The notes: generated by a model not told the origin, from the letters alone. Numbered from the stretch's first letter, positions 1-12,680 are shown. The stretch: DNA of 64,000 nucleotides from Pristiophorus japonicus (GCF_044704955.1 NC_091992.1:105338001-105402000); one strand, 5' to 3'. Program-made: numbers and translations.

Positions 1-452
1 AGAGAAGACTATAAAAAAAAAGTGAATATTAGATTTCACTTGGAATAAAACAGGCTGCTAACTGTTAACAGAACTAATGCTCTGACTACAATAATAATAG
101 TTAAAAAACAAGAATTCATTGAAATTAGAGCCAATTAAAACACACATGGAAATTCAAATAACATTCAGGTATTGTACCAGAACCTACATTATATTACGAT
201 TCAAACTTAGAGAGTATGGTTCCAAATGTAGTGGCTGCCCTTGGTACTTCACCCAAATCGCTAGAAACAATCAATTTGTCTAAAATAAAGACACCTGGAT
301 TATATAGAAGAGCACTGGATAAATGAAACTTGAGAAAACTTCAAAAACAGGTGGAAAACCCCTAGCCTGAAATAGGTCTACAATACACACATTTAAGTAG
401 ATTTCAGTAATGTTGTTGTATAGCTGGTCAATTTAATTTTTTTAGTAAATAC

Positions 453-549
453 CTAAATTGTAACAGAGCCCAAAATATGCCACTGTTCCTTCCAATAGTG
501 GTTTCATCAGAGTTTATTGTCAAAACGTTGCCTTGTGCAGTCCATATCA
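453..549 (-). CDS. MFSD11: MFSD11 coding exon 5 (gene continues beyond the left edge)
   Basis: ttttcAG acceptor, (V)IWTAQGNVLTINSDETTIGRNSGIFWALLQF, GTATT donor; 97 nt; WTAQG motif of the UNC93/MFSD11 family. Confidence 0.95.
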
Positions 550-761
550 CTGAAAAACATTTTGAAGAAATGTTCAATCAATGTATCAATCATCTTCGGG
601 CAGTCTTCTAAAATCTTCCAGTGATCCTAGTTTATGAATTACAAGAATATATGTAAATTTATTATTCAAGATCTCAGGCAGGAAATCTTACAAAATGTTG
701 TTTAGTATTTCTGTAAAGTAACATACAGCATTTTCAGACTGACATACATATAGAAAACTCA

Positions 762-1293
762 TGGGCCAGAATTTGCTGAAGCAAGAGTGGATGGGTTGGA
801 GACGTGGGGATGTGGAGTGAAAGTTGAAAAAATGTGAACCCCACCTCCAACCCGCCCAAATTCACCTTTCATTCAGGCATGGTGGGGGCAGCGGTTGCCA
901 ATTTAAATATTATAATGAGGCCTGAAGCCTCTATTTTAACCTGCTTTGCAGGTTTTACTGCAGACAGCCGGGGATCCCAGGCGGTTGCAATGAGGTGGCC
1001 TCAGGAGTGCTTCCTCCCATTACCACCCCCCACACCCCGTCCACACACCCCCCACCCTGGAACACCATGTTTGACTACTAAAACATTTTGGGGATACTTT
1101 TAAAATAGACTAAGTTTGTCCCTTTTTAACTTTCAAAGTAAAAATGTACCAAAGAATACATTTTTAAAAGCAGCTTTCAGGTAACTGCAAGGTTAAAACT
1201 TTACAGCGTTGCGGGAAACCCAGCCTTCCGGGTTTCCCACCATCTCCCGGGTCTCCCCGCACTGTGCAGGTGGGACCTGGGAAAATCCAGCCT
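762..1293. mobile_element. Short non-autonomous DNA-transposon-like element
   Basis: GC-richer island in AT-rich DNA with loosely inverted ends GGGCCAGAATTT...GAAAATCCAGCC. Confidence 0.35.
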
Positions 1294-1409
1294 GTAGTAC
1301 ATTAGAAGGTCAAGTCAAAACAATCTGCATAATTAGCTTTATATTGCAGCAATTGACATCTATTCATCAGCACTGAGTGCCGACAGTCTCAATACGCAAT
1401 ATTTGATCT

Positions 1410-1480
1410 TATTCAATGGCAGAGCAGACTCGAGGGGCCAAATGGCCTGCTCCTGCTCCTATTCCTTATGTTCTTATGTA
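1410..1480 (+). mobile_element. CR1 LINE 3' tail
   Basis: GGCTCGAGGGGCC..AATGGCCT..TCCTGCTCCTATT..TTATG-type terminus, shared with the other CR1 copies in the window. Confidence 0.7.
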
Positions 1481-1994
1481 CTCAGGAAGACTTGGTGGTG
1501 GGAGCCTAGCAGAGGAGCACATGTCAATGCACTTTGAGTGACATAGAATTATTTTAGAAAATATTCATATTCTTTAAATTCATTAGAGATTTGAATTACA
1601 AATATAGTTCATTTAAAATTCAGAACATACCAATATTGCAGTAATTGTGGGGACGATTTCCTCTGTGCTGAACATAGCAAACTCTAAACCCAGTCATAAA
1701 GAGCTGGTTTACTATTGCTACATTGTTACAGAAAGGAAATCTTGCACCGTTGTATCTAGTTTGCTTTTTTGAAACAAAAACATTACCCTTTTATTCTGTT
1801 TTTTTCCCCCAAGGCCACATGGGTCATGCAAGTCAAGATACACTGCTACAATATTCCCACCCAACTGGTGGATGGTCAGTGAGAGCAATCCAGTAACCAC
1901 ATCCTCAGTTTTCCCTTCTCTTTGGGGAACTGCGTGGGGTAATTAAAGCAGTGTCCAACCAAATCTTTCATGCCGCACATGATAGATCCATTAT

Positions 1995-2330
1995 AATCAT
2001 CACCATAGGCAGTCCCTCGAAGGATGACTTGCTTCCACATGAGTTCACAGATGTTTCAATGAAAGTCCCGATGTTCCAGTCCTGAACTCCAATTGAAGGG
2101 TGGAAGATGCCTGTGCGTGGATTTTTTTAACATGTGGTGACCGTTGCACACCAGCCACCACACGGGCTTGACAGAGCTAGGCCTTTATTTAAGGGGATAA
2201 GGGGTTATGGGGAGCGGGCGGGGAAGTGGAGCTGAGTCCATGATCAGATCAGCCATGATCTTACTGAATGGCGGAGCAGGCTCGAGGGGCCGTAGGCCTA
2301 CTCCTGCTCCTATTTCTTATGCTCTTATGT
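1995..2330. mobile_element. RTE-like 3' end (-) followed by a CR1 3' tail (+)
   Basis: CATAGGCAGTCCCTCG..GGATGACTTGCTTCCAC terminus also seen at 37290 and 46852; CR1 tail at ~2190-2330. Confidence 0.6.
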
Positions 2331-3969
2331 TTATCCTAGATAAAGATAAAGATCCAATATATTGCACCACTGATACACCAAACTTCCTTTTGTGTTTTAA
2401 AAACATTACACTTCATTTTATTTTCACCATTTCCGTTATGATTGCACCATTTCTTAGCTGAAAAGTCAAATGCACTCGATGTCATCAGCCTTGCAGATTA
2501 TCAAGCATCTCAGCCACCTGAACAATCTATTTTGCCCTTCCCAAAAAGTAGGGCTGCATTAGGACCCTTGATATGCGGGCAATCAGCGATTCAACAGCAC
2601 AAGTACAGATATGAGCAATGAAGATTCTGGATATCAGATTTCAAGTTATAAGGAAAGATTAAGGAAACGGGACTAATTTCCTGTTGAATGAAAAAAAAAT
2701 GAGTGTACTTCAATGTGAGGAACCTAACCTGAAGTTTTAGATTACAAATGAAACTGCTGAAGCAAATTGTGATGGGTTCAAATACCAGGGGATGCAAATA
2801 AAAATTTGGAAGTTATGAGTAAGAAAGGGAACAGAAGGAACTTTTCACCCAACAGGCTTAATTTGAGGATGCTGCCAAAAATATGAAAGCTGTGGTTTAG
2901 CTACTAGCAAAGTGAACAATTTGTTCAGGAAAAAAAGCGTCAAAATTCACTGGAAAAATGTAGTGAGATACGGTTGCCAATGACGGGAGAAAAAAAGAAC
3001 TGAAATTTTGCCTGTGGCTGCAGTACTTTTGCCGTGGGAACAGGGAGGATTATGTATCTCTCATGAGGCTACTTTGAACAAAGCGAAATATAAAAAAGAG
3101 ACAAACTTTGATCGTTTTGCCCATTTGAAAATGGACTTGTCTTAAGAATAAGGAAGAGTCGTGGCTCTTTCTCCCCCCCCCCCAGAAGTGTTTCATCTTA
3201 CAGGGAGCAAAATCAGTCAGTCAGGAATATTTTTGCCCAAAGTAAAACCAGCAAACCAGAATGTTAAAGGTTAAATTGAGCAAAACAAAATTAAGACCAC
3301 AATGCAATTTTTATATGGATCAAATCAGCCAAAGTAATTACAACAGCACAAGCTTTGTAAATAAATATACTCACAACTTGACTTAGTTTGAGTAAAACAT
3401 TCAACAACACTGGTTATCTATAGCTGAATCAGTCGCTATTGGTACAAAACAACGAAGATTAATGGGGGGGGGGGGGGGAGGAGGAGAACGGGAAGCTTCG
3501 TCCTATATTATGGTTGTCTGTCACCTTAAATAAAAGGAACATTTTTCCAAGATTTACACTTTTAAAAAATGACAGAAAATATCTCAACCAAAAATTCGAC
3601 AGATCAGATTGTCGGGTAATGTGTACTGGAATAAGAAATGCTAAATTTATGTAGCAGATGCTTTGGAATCGAGCAGTAAATTTGTGAAATCCCACCAGGA
3701 TAACTCAAGAAAGTAGGACGCCACTAATATTCGCAGAACAGGTGGTCGGAACAAACCAATATTTTAGAAATAAAACATAATAATCATAACTGAAATTGTA
3801 ACAGTGAAATTATTAGAAATAAAATACAGAGGGTATAGTGTGGTGTAAAGCTAATCCCACAGGAAGCAACTAGTGTACCCCTTTACATGGAGAATGCCAA
3901 TAGTAATTCAGAATCATCCAAATTTATATTTTGGAAAAACAGGCAAGCAACACTAATTATAGAATCAAA

Positions 3970-5840
3970 GGGCCCAAGTTTCGAGCCGCGCCTAGAACGA
4001 CGCAGTCCCGACCTGGACGCCCGTTTTTCGCGCCACAAAGCGCGCCTAAAAAAACCCTCCAGATTCTCCACCTCCCCGCAGGTCCTTTGGCCCTCGACGC
4101 AGCGCAGCACGAGCTGTGGGGGGCAGAGCTAGGTCCCTGCGCTGAAAACAATGCCGGGACCTCTGCACATGCGCGCTACAGTGGGAGCGCAAGTGCAGTA
4201 GCTCCAGGCGCCCGAAACTGTGTGGGAGGGGCCCGAAGCACGCAGCCCCTAGCCCTGGCCGAATGGCCTCACTGGGGCTGCGTGAATAAGGCTCCTCCCA
4301 CGGCTAGCTCCTGCTTCCTCCCGAGCCCGGCCCATTCAGCCTCCCTCCCCCTTTCCCCCATCTCCTTCTCCCTCCCATCTCCCCCTCCCCATCCTTTCTC
4401 CCCCCCCCCCCCATCTCCTTTCTCTCCCCGCCCCCCCCATCTCCTTTCTCTCCACCCCCCCCCCATCTCCTTTCTCTCCACCCCCCCCCCCCCCATCTCC
4501 TTTCTCTCCACCCCCCCCCCCCATCTCCTTTCTCTCCACCCCCCCCCCCCCATCTCCTTTCTCTCCACCCCCCCCCCCATCTCCTTTCTCTCCACCCCCC
4601 CCCCCCATCTCCTTTCTCTCCACCCCCCCCCCCATCTCCTTTCTCTCCACCCCCCCCCCCATCTCCTTTCTCTCCACCCCCCCCCCATCTCCTTTCTCTC
4701 CACCCCCCCCCCCATCTCCTTTCTCTCCACCCCCCCCATCTCCTTTCTCTCCACCCCCCCCCCATCTCCTTTCTCTTCCCCCCCCCCCCATCTCCTTTCT
4801 CTCTTCCCCCCCCCCATCTCCTTTCTCTCTTCCCCCCCCCCCCATCTCCTTTCTCTCTTCCTCCCCCCCCATCTCCTTTCTCTCTTCCTCCCCCCCCCAT
4901 CTCCTTTCTCTCCACCCCCCCCCCACCATCTCCTTTCTCTCCCCCCCCCCCCCCCCCCCCATCTCCTTTCTCTCCCCCCCCCCCATCCATCTCCTTTCTC
5001 TCTCTCCCCCCCCCCCCAATCTCCTTTCTCTCTCTCCCCCCCCCCAATCTCCTTTCTCTCTCCCCCCCCATCTCCTTTCTCTCTTGCCCCCCGCCCCATC
5101 TCCTTTCTCTTCCCCCCCCCCAATCTCCATTCTCTTCCCCCCCCCAATCTCCTTTCTCTTTCCCCCCCCCCCATCTCCTTTCTCCCCTTCTCCCCTTTAT
5201 CCCCTTTCCCCCCCCCCCTCCCCCTTCGCTGTCAGAAACACAGACACTGACAGACAGAGAATGAGAGACACACAGACAGACAGAGAGATAGAGATACTGA
5301 CAGAGACACACTTGGGGGGGGGGGGGGGGGGGCGCATCCCAGCACGCTGTTGGTAAGTAGAAAATCTTTTATTTATTGATTTTAAAAAAAATTATTAATT
5401 TTTTAAAAATGATTTATTGGTTGATTTATTGATATATTTATCATTTATTATTGATGATGGTTCTTTATTTGTAAAACTGAAGTGTTTAATGTTTGTAAAC
5501 TTCCCTTTAAACCGCCGCCCCCCCCCATTCCCTACGCCTGATTTGTAACCTACGCCTGATTTTCTAAAGTGTAGACAAGGTTTTTTTGAGCGTACAAAAA
5601 TCTTCACTTACTCCATTCTAAGTTAGTTTGGAGTAAGTTTTCACTGACGAAACTTTGAAAACAGGCGTAAGTGGCCGGACACGCCCCCTTTTTAAAAAAA
5701 AATTCTGTTCCAAAGTGAAACTGTTCTAACTGACTAGAACTGGAGCAAACTAAATGACGAGAATTCCGCTTTCTAAGATACTCCGTTCTACACCAGTTGC
5801 TCCTAAAAATCAGGAGCAAATCATGTGGAAACTTGGGGTC
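3970..5840. mobile_element. Non-autonomous TIR element (PIF/Harbinger-like) with internal minisatellite
   Basis: TIRs GGGCCCAAGTTTC and GAAACTTGGGGTC (11/13 match); inserted into the ATAGAATC tail of a CR1. Confidence 0.65.
4340..5225 (+). repeat. Polypyrimidine minisatellite, (C)n ATCTCCTTTCTCTC(CA)
   Basis: Dozens of ~23-28 bp units with variable-length C runs. Confidence 0.95.
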
Positions 5841-6095
5841 ATAGAATCGTTAGAGCACAGAAGGAGGCCATTCAGCTCGTGCCAGCTCTCTGCAAGAGCA
5901 CTTCAACTAGTCCCACTGCCCCGCCCCCCTTCCCGGTCACCATGCAATTTATTTTCCTTCAGGTACTTATCCAATTCCCTTTCGAAAGCCACAATTGAAT
6001 CTGCCTCCACCACCCTTTCAGGTAGTACATTCCAGGTTATAACCACTGGCTGCATAAAAAGGTTTTCCCTCATGTCAGCCAATCACCTTAAATCT
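5841..6095 (-). mobile_element. CR1 LINE 3' fragment
   Basis: Begins ATAGAATC..CACAGAAGGAGGCCATT, the reverse complement of the CR1 terminus seen at 18560-18618. Confidence 0.7.
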
Positions 6096-6630
6096 GTAGT
6101 TACAGAAGGTCAGATGAAGAGGCCTAGTTTTAAAATGGACCTGTAAATTGTGGGATTGCCACCTTACTAGGGAGGACAAGGCTAATAATAAAAGGGAGGA
6201 ATTGGCCCACCCAAACATATTAAAACAAAAACAAAATAGGTAAAGCCAAAGCAAATACTACAAAAGGCATCTCTCAGAGAGCCTGTCAGCCATGGAAGCC
6301 CAGATGAAGTATATGAGAATACATCATGAGGTGCCGCTCCTTAGAAGGAGGACACAAGTAATTGTATTATTTGCCCTAAATTTACCAAAGTTATTCTGTG
6401 GTGCTACTGTTCATGAAAAGGCGTGCAGCCAACTGATAAGACATTGCATCATTGCATAATGATTATCAGGACACGAGTCCAAGTTCTCAATACTGGAAGC
6501 AGTCAGCTGGATGAGTCAGCATTCATTAGCAACACAGCCCAAATATATCCAACCAACTGTAGCTGTTACCAACAAGGTGAAACAAGTACTGTGATATACA
6601 TTTTTTTTTAAAGTCAAAAGGGAGAAAATG

Positions 6631-7078
6631 GAAGTCTAATGCAATTCTTTAATTTTTGATTTCTTTCTAAAAAAAAGTATCACGCCGCCACCAAATATCT
6701 CCTCACCTGGCTCAAGGGTCGGAGCGTCAGCCGGCAGAATCGCTCCCTCGCCCAGGCACAGAGGCTCGGAGCTCAGCTTCAAAAGAAGCCCGGGGGGAGG
6801 GGGCGGGTGGAAGCCGAACTCAAGGGATGAGAATCCTGAGAGACATACAGCAGCTTCAAAAGAAGCTGTTGGTGGTGATGGTGGGGGGGTGGGGGGTGGG
6901 GGGTGGGGGGTGGGGGGTGGGGGGTGGGGGAAAAGGGAGGGTAGACGCTGAGCCCCTGTGTCCCGGCGAGGGAGTGATTCTGCCGGCTGACCCTCGAGCT
7001 CAGTGAGGAAACTTTCGGTCGATGGTGGGTGGTACTTTGAAAAAAAAAATCAAAAATTAAAGCATTGCATTAGACTTC
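6631..7078. repeat. Foldback element with ~140-bp inverted arms around a (GGGGGT)n core
   Basis: 6631-6660 matches the reverse complement of 7049-7078 at 29/30; the inner GTCAGCCGGCAGAATC also pairs with GATTCTGCCGGCTGAC. Confidence 0.85.
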
Positions 7079-7255
7079 ATTGCCCCAAATGTCTTCATTC
7101 AATGCTTAGCTTCCTGTTCTAAGCAAGCCTATTGCACATGCGCAGCCAAGGTGTGGTCCATAGTAGGTCGTCGACCTTGGGGGAGAGAGAGAGGAAAGAA
7201 GGTTTGAGTCCTTTGTCCTGCTGTTTTAAGCTTCTTGCAAAGCTACAATTTAATT

Positions 7256-8600
7256 ATGGGGGCAATATTGACAATGCCATACCTTCTGCATGATGGTGCT
7301 GCGGAGGAGAAGATTGATTAGACATCAACGCATGAGGATGATGGGCAGGAAGCCTTACCCATATCAGTTATATCGAGACAGGCGTTCATACCTGCACCTG
7401 AGTGATGCAGACTGTGTGAGAAGGCTGCGTTTCCACAAAGAAGTTGTAACCGAGATCTGAGAGTTCGTAAAAGCAGACCTGCAACCTAGAAGCGTCAGGA
7501 GGACTGCTTTGTCAGTTGAAGTGAAGGTTACAGCTGCACTTTCATTCTATGCATCTGGATCATTCCAGGCCACAACGAGGGATGTGTGCGCCATTTCTCA
7601 ACATGCAACACGTATCTGCATTCTGCAGGTGACTGCTGCACTATATGCCCGGAGAAATTACTACATAATGTTCCTCATAACCGGCTAGGGAATGCGTGAC
7701 AGGGTTGTGGGCTTCTCCAGAATTGTTGGCTTCCCAAAGGTACATCGATTGTACACACAGGGGCTTGCGAGCACCTTTGGAAGATTCAGATGTACAGGAA
7801 CAGAAAAGGCTTCCACTCAGTGAACGTGCAGCTCATCTGTGATGACATGCATCGCATCATGGCAGTTAATACGAGATACCCTGGGATCACCAATGATGCA
7901 TTCATCCTATGTTAGAGTGCTACATCTGCAATGTTTCAGCAGCAGCCAGAAGGGCAAAGCTGGCTGGCTGCTGGGAGACAAAGGGTACAAGCCTTGCCAC
8001 CTGGCTCATGACGCCCCTACGCGTAACCCAGGTGGAAGCTGAGCGGGAATACAACACAAGAACATAAGAAATAGGAGCAGGAGTAGGCCATATGACCCCT
8101 CGAGCCTGCTCCGCCATTTAATACTATAATGTCTGATCCGATCATGGAGTCAGCTCCACTTCCCTGGCCGCTCTCCATAACCCCTTATTCCCTTATAGTT
8201 TAAGAAACTGTCTATTTCTGTCTTAAATTTATTCAATGTCCCAGCTTCCACAGCTCTGAGGCAGCGAATTCCATAGATCCACAACCCTCAAAAGAAATTT
8301 CTCCTTATCTCAGTTTTAAATGAGCGGCCCCTTATTTTAAGATTATGCCCTCTAGTTCAAGTCTCTCCTATCAGTGGACACATCCTCTGCATCCACCTTG
8401 TCAAGCCCCCTCATAATCTTATACATTTTGATAAGATCACCTCTCATTATTATATTGCGCATCGCAATGTGCACAGAGAGGACCATTGGCATCTTGAAGC
8501 AGTGTTTCCGATGCTTGGACCATTCCGGAGGCTACTTGCAATACTCCTGAGATTGTCAGTCAGTTCACTGTTGTATGCTGCATAACTTAGCCAGCATGAG
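7256..8600 (+). pseudogene. Decayed PIF/Harbinger (HARBI1-like) DDE transposase, interrupted by CR1
   Basis: Broken frames read MGRKPYP..YR, VRRLRF, VKVTAALSFYASGSFQ, GFPKV, NRKGFHSVNVQLICD, YPG..NDAFIL, WLLGDKGY, WLMTP, ERTIGILKQCFRCL; frameshifts and stops present. Confidence 0.85.
8057..8450 (-). mobile_element. CR1 LINE 3' fragment inserted in the Harbinger transposase
   Basis: Starts AAGAACATAAGAAATAGGAGCAGGAGTAGGCC; the transposase frame resumes after ~8455. Confidence 0.85.
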
Positions 8601-8774
8601 GCAGCAGCAACTGGTAGTAGAATACCTCACCTGAGGAGAGAGTGGCTGATGATGAGGAGGAACATGCAGATGAGGAGGAGGAGGAAGCCATGCAACTACT
8701 TGAACCTGGAGCACGACGGCGGAGGAGGGCAGGTCGTCGTGCCCCTTTAACAATTGCTCAAGCCTTGCGCCAGG

Positions 8775-9458
8775 GGAGGAAGACGCTAAGAGGCTGCAGG
8801 GTAATTGGACAGGTTAGGTGATTGGGCAAATGCATGGCATTTGCAGTATAATGTGGATAAATTATTCACTTTGGTGGCAAAAACATGAAGGCAGAATATT
8901 ATCTGAATGGCAGCAGATTAGGAAAGGGGGAGGTGCAACGAGACCTGGGTGTCATGGTACATCAGTCATTGAAAGTTGGCATGCAGGTACAGAAGGCAAA
9001 TGGTATGTTGGCCTTCATAACTAGGGGATTTAAGTAAAGGAGCAGGGAGGTCTTACTGCAGTTGTACAGGGCCTTGGTGAGGCCTCAGCTGGAATATTGT
9101 GTTCAGTTTTGGTCTCCTAATCTGAGGAAGGACGTTCTTGCTATAGAGGGAGCGCAGCGAAGGTTGCCCAGACTGATTCCCAGGATGGCAGGACTGACCA
9201 ATGAGGAGAGACTGGATCGACTGGGCCTGTATTCACTGGAGTTTAGAAGGATGAGAGGGGATCTCATAGAAACACAAAATTCTGACAGGACTGGACAGGT
9301 TAGATGCAGGAAGAATGTTGCCGATGTTAGGGAAGTCCAGAACCAGGGGACACAGTCTAAGGATAAGGGGTAAGCCATTTAGGACTGAGAGGAGGAGAAA
9401 CTTCTTCACTCAGAGTTGTTAACCTGTGGAATTCTCTTCCACAGAGAGTTGTTGATGC
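8775..9458 (+). mobile_element. CR1 LINE ORF2 C-terminal fragment
   Basis: [47 protein letters not shown]. Confidence 0.9.
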
Positions 9459-10385
9459 AAGAACATCCTTCCTCAGATTAGGAGACCAAAACTGAACACA
9501 ATATTCCAGGTGAGGCCTCAACAAAGCTATGTACAACTGCAGTAAGACATCCCTGCTCCTATACTCAAATCCCTATCGCGATGAAGGCCAACATACCATT
9601 TGCCTTCTTCACCGCCTGCTGTACCTGCATGCCAACTTTCAATGACTGATGTACTATGACACCCAGGTCTCGTTGCACCTCCCCTTTTCCTAATCTGTCA
9701 CCATTCAGATAATATTCTGCCTTCCTGTTTTTGCCACCAAAGTGGATAACCTCACATTTATCCACATTATACTGCATCTGCCATGCATTTGCCTACTCAC
9801 TTAACCTGTCCAAGTCACCCTGCAGCCTCTTAGCATCCTCCTCACAGCTCACACCGCCACCTAGCTTAGTATCATCTGCAAACTTGGAGATATTACACTC
9901 AATTCCTTCATCTAAATCATTGATGTGTATTGTAAATAGCTGGGGTCCCAGCACTGAACACTGCGGCACCCCTCTAGTGACTGCCTGCCATTGTGAAAAG
10001 GACCAGTTAGTTCAGACTCTCTGCTTCCTGTCTGCCAACCAGTTCTCTATCCACGCCACTACATTACCCCCAATATCATGTGCTTTAATTTTGCACACTA
10101 ATCTCATGTGGGACCTTGTCAAAAGCCTTTTGAAAGTCCAAATACACCACATCCACTGGTTATCCCTTGTCCACTCTACTAGTTACATCCTCAAAAAATT
10201 CTAGAAGATTTGTCAAGCATGATTTCCCTTTCATAAATCCATGCTGACTTGGATCGATCCTGTCACTGCTTTCCAAATGTGCTATTTCATCTTTAATAAT
10301 TGATTCCAACATTTTCCCCACCACCGATGTCAGGCTAACCAGTCGATAATTCCCCGTTTTCTCTCTCCCTCCTTTTTTTAAAAGG
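9459..10385 (-). mobile_element. CR1 LINE reverse transcriptase fragment
   Basis: Reverse strand encodes [43 protein letters not shown]. Confidence 0.9.
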
Positions 10386-10539
10386 AGGTTTAAAACAATC
10401 TGGCCTAAATTACAGTAACTAGTGCCTCCACTTCATCCTGAGAGAAATTCTTGGTCCTTGAGCCTCACTGCATATTGCAGCTCTGATGTTTCCACTGAGA
10501 ATTAAAGTTCTCACACAGCACTCAAAGTTCTCACACACA

Positions 10540-10860
10540 ACTGGCTATTTAAAAGTGGCCGAATGCAGATTGGGAGGTGTACTGGGCATGCGTGCCCATA
10601 GCAGTCACGTAAAAAATGTCTTTTTTTTCCCGTGCATGCGCAAAAAGTGGGGGGAGGGGGGCATCATTTTTCAGCGCAGACATTAGGCTCCACCCCCTCC
10701 CCCCCCACCCCCCAAAGCTAAAGGACAGGCTGCGCGCCACCAATTTCAAAAATTAGAATGGGGAAACTTGCAAGTTATTTTTTTGGAGTAGTCGGGGCCA
10801 AAAAAAACAGGCATGACTCTTGAAATATGCCATAAAACGGAATTGGGGAAAATTGAACCC
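10540..10860 (+). mobile_element. Probable right end of the Harbinger element
   Basis: Subterminal motifs resemble 5540-5840; ends GGAAAATTGAACCC, similar to the other TIR ends. Confidence 0.45.
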
Positions 10861-11369
10861 ACTAACTTAATCTGAGAGTGCAGAATTATTGAGTGGAACA
10901 TTAAAAAGTCACAAGCTAGACTAGAGGTTTAAAAAAAAATCATGTTCTCCTTCTGAGTACCAGATATAGTAGACAGTCAATCAATACGTTACAAATATAT
11001 TAGGCCAAGATCATGGAAAACAACTAGTCCAGGATGAGTAATAAAAAATGCAAAGTTAGGCAGCAACTTTACACTATTTACATATGTTATCTTTGGGGAA
11101 CACAAGGAAATTAAAACTGAGCAGTGTCCACATTGAAGCAAATCAAGTTAGTGGAAAGAAGAAGTTTGATGAGACAAATGGCCTTTTCCCATGCTGTGCT
11201 TTCTTACATTACCTTTTTTTTCAGGCCTGCATTTATTTCAATATTTTTCATAACAGATTTTAAAACTTTGTTCTCGAGAAGCAAGTGACACTGGCAAGGC
11301 AGAACTACCCATCCATGCAGGCATAAAGAAAGAGTTAAGCACATCATGTGGAACTGGAGTCTGTAGATT

Positions 11370-12388
11370 CGATCAGGGTATGGCCTCCGCCCCATTAATG
11401 CCCGAGCGATCTGTCGTCATAGCCATCATCTCCACATGCCATGCATGTAAACCAACCTCACTATACCAGGCATAATAAAATGTGCACCCATAATTATTAT
11501 TCTTAACTTTGTTATTCTTGTTATTGTGAGACTTACTGAAGCACAGCACACATACCTTTGCTGGGTGATGCCCCAGCAGAGCGGACCACACACTGATCTG
11601 CACGCATGCGCAATACTAAGCTCTGTCTCTATGGAGACGTGACGCATTTATGGCACTTTAATTATAGCTTGTGGCGAAAAGCGTTCGTTTTCTGCTGTGC
11701 TATCTCCGATGCATAATTCGGAGTGTATGCCGGCAGGATCGCTCCCTTGGCCAGACAGGAACACAGGAGCTCGGTGGTTGGATTCCATCCACCCACGGTT
11801 TTCTTTCCAAGCTGAGCCCGTGGGGGGTGGGGGGGGGGGGGGAGGGGAACAGGTGGAATCTAAGCGGCGAGCTCCTGTGCTTGTGTCCGGCCGAGGGAGC
11901 GATCCCGCCGCCGGCCGGCACTCCTCTGACCCATGCCTGGAGCCCCGTGAACAGAGATTCAGTGGTGTGGTGGAATCGCAATTTGCCCATTCTCAAAAAC
12001 ATTCCTTGCGAAAAATGAACTTTTGAGTTATTTTCCGAGTTCCCTCTGCAAAGATCATGAATTTATGTTTTAAATTGTCTTCTTTTTTTGCTCCAAAAAC
12101 TCAAATATACGGCGCCGATTTCCTTAAGATAACGTAGGGTTTTTCTGATCTTAAGGCTACTTGGCGCCGTCCTGAAAAAAAAATTGGTGTTGGCAAAAAG
12201 GGCCAAAAACAGCACGGAAATCAGTTTTCAACCAGACCTGCGCCAAAAAATCTTGCGTACAAAAAAACGGTGCTGACAGTCACTGCCGGCGTACAAGCTT
12301 TTAGGAAAATTGCAAAATCATGATTGCTCAAAAAAAAATCAGTGGACGCCAAAAAAACGGCACCCAATGGTGGCGAAAATAGAGTTGG
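11370..12388 (-). mobile_element. 5' part of a second, related Harbinger element
   Basis: Reverse strand gives MGAHFIMP... and MGRRPYPDRIYR, paralleling MGAILTMP... and MGRKPYPYQLYR at 7256-7380; TIR-like end near 12385. Confidence 0.6.
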
Positions 12389-12409
12389 TGGTCATTGTTA
12401 AATAAGCCA

Positions 12410-12680
12410 GTTTCAGCAATGGCAGTGGTAGGAGCACAATTAGCTTCAGCATCTAGGGCTGGAAGAAAAAAAATCCATTCTCACTGCCAATCACTATCCA
12501 ATGGCTATTGCTGAAAGACAGTGAAGACAGGTTCAGTCTATTCTATGCTGCCTTCAGTCAAATAGCCTGCCAACACTCATATGAGGAATGGCCACTGTCG
12601 ATAGATACCAGAAACTTGCTGCTGCCTGTGGAACCATGAATCACCATCTCCAGGGGTGAAGGGACAGGAGGAAGAAAAAT
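12410..12680 (+). mobile_element. Old SINE body (LF-SINE-like, family uncertain)
   Basis: Motifs CAATTAGCTTCAGC, ATCACTATCCA, AAATAGCCTGCCAACACTCA and GAATGGCCACT, recalled from ancient vertebrate SINEs; a related remnant lies at ~18990-19170. Confidence 0.4.

Noticed and set aside
3931-5356. Long Pro-rich and Gly/Glu/Arg-rich ORFs (439, 335, 301 and 264 aa)
   Set aside because: They are open in several frames on both strands only because the C/T minisatellite lacks stop codons; there is no domain or splice support.
7256-8600. Domesticated HARBI1 gene
   Set aside because: It has multiple frameshifts and stops, a damaged first catalytic motif region and a CR1 insertion, so it is a transposon relic.
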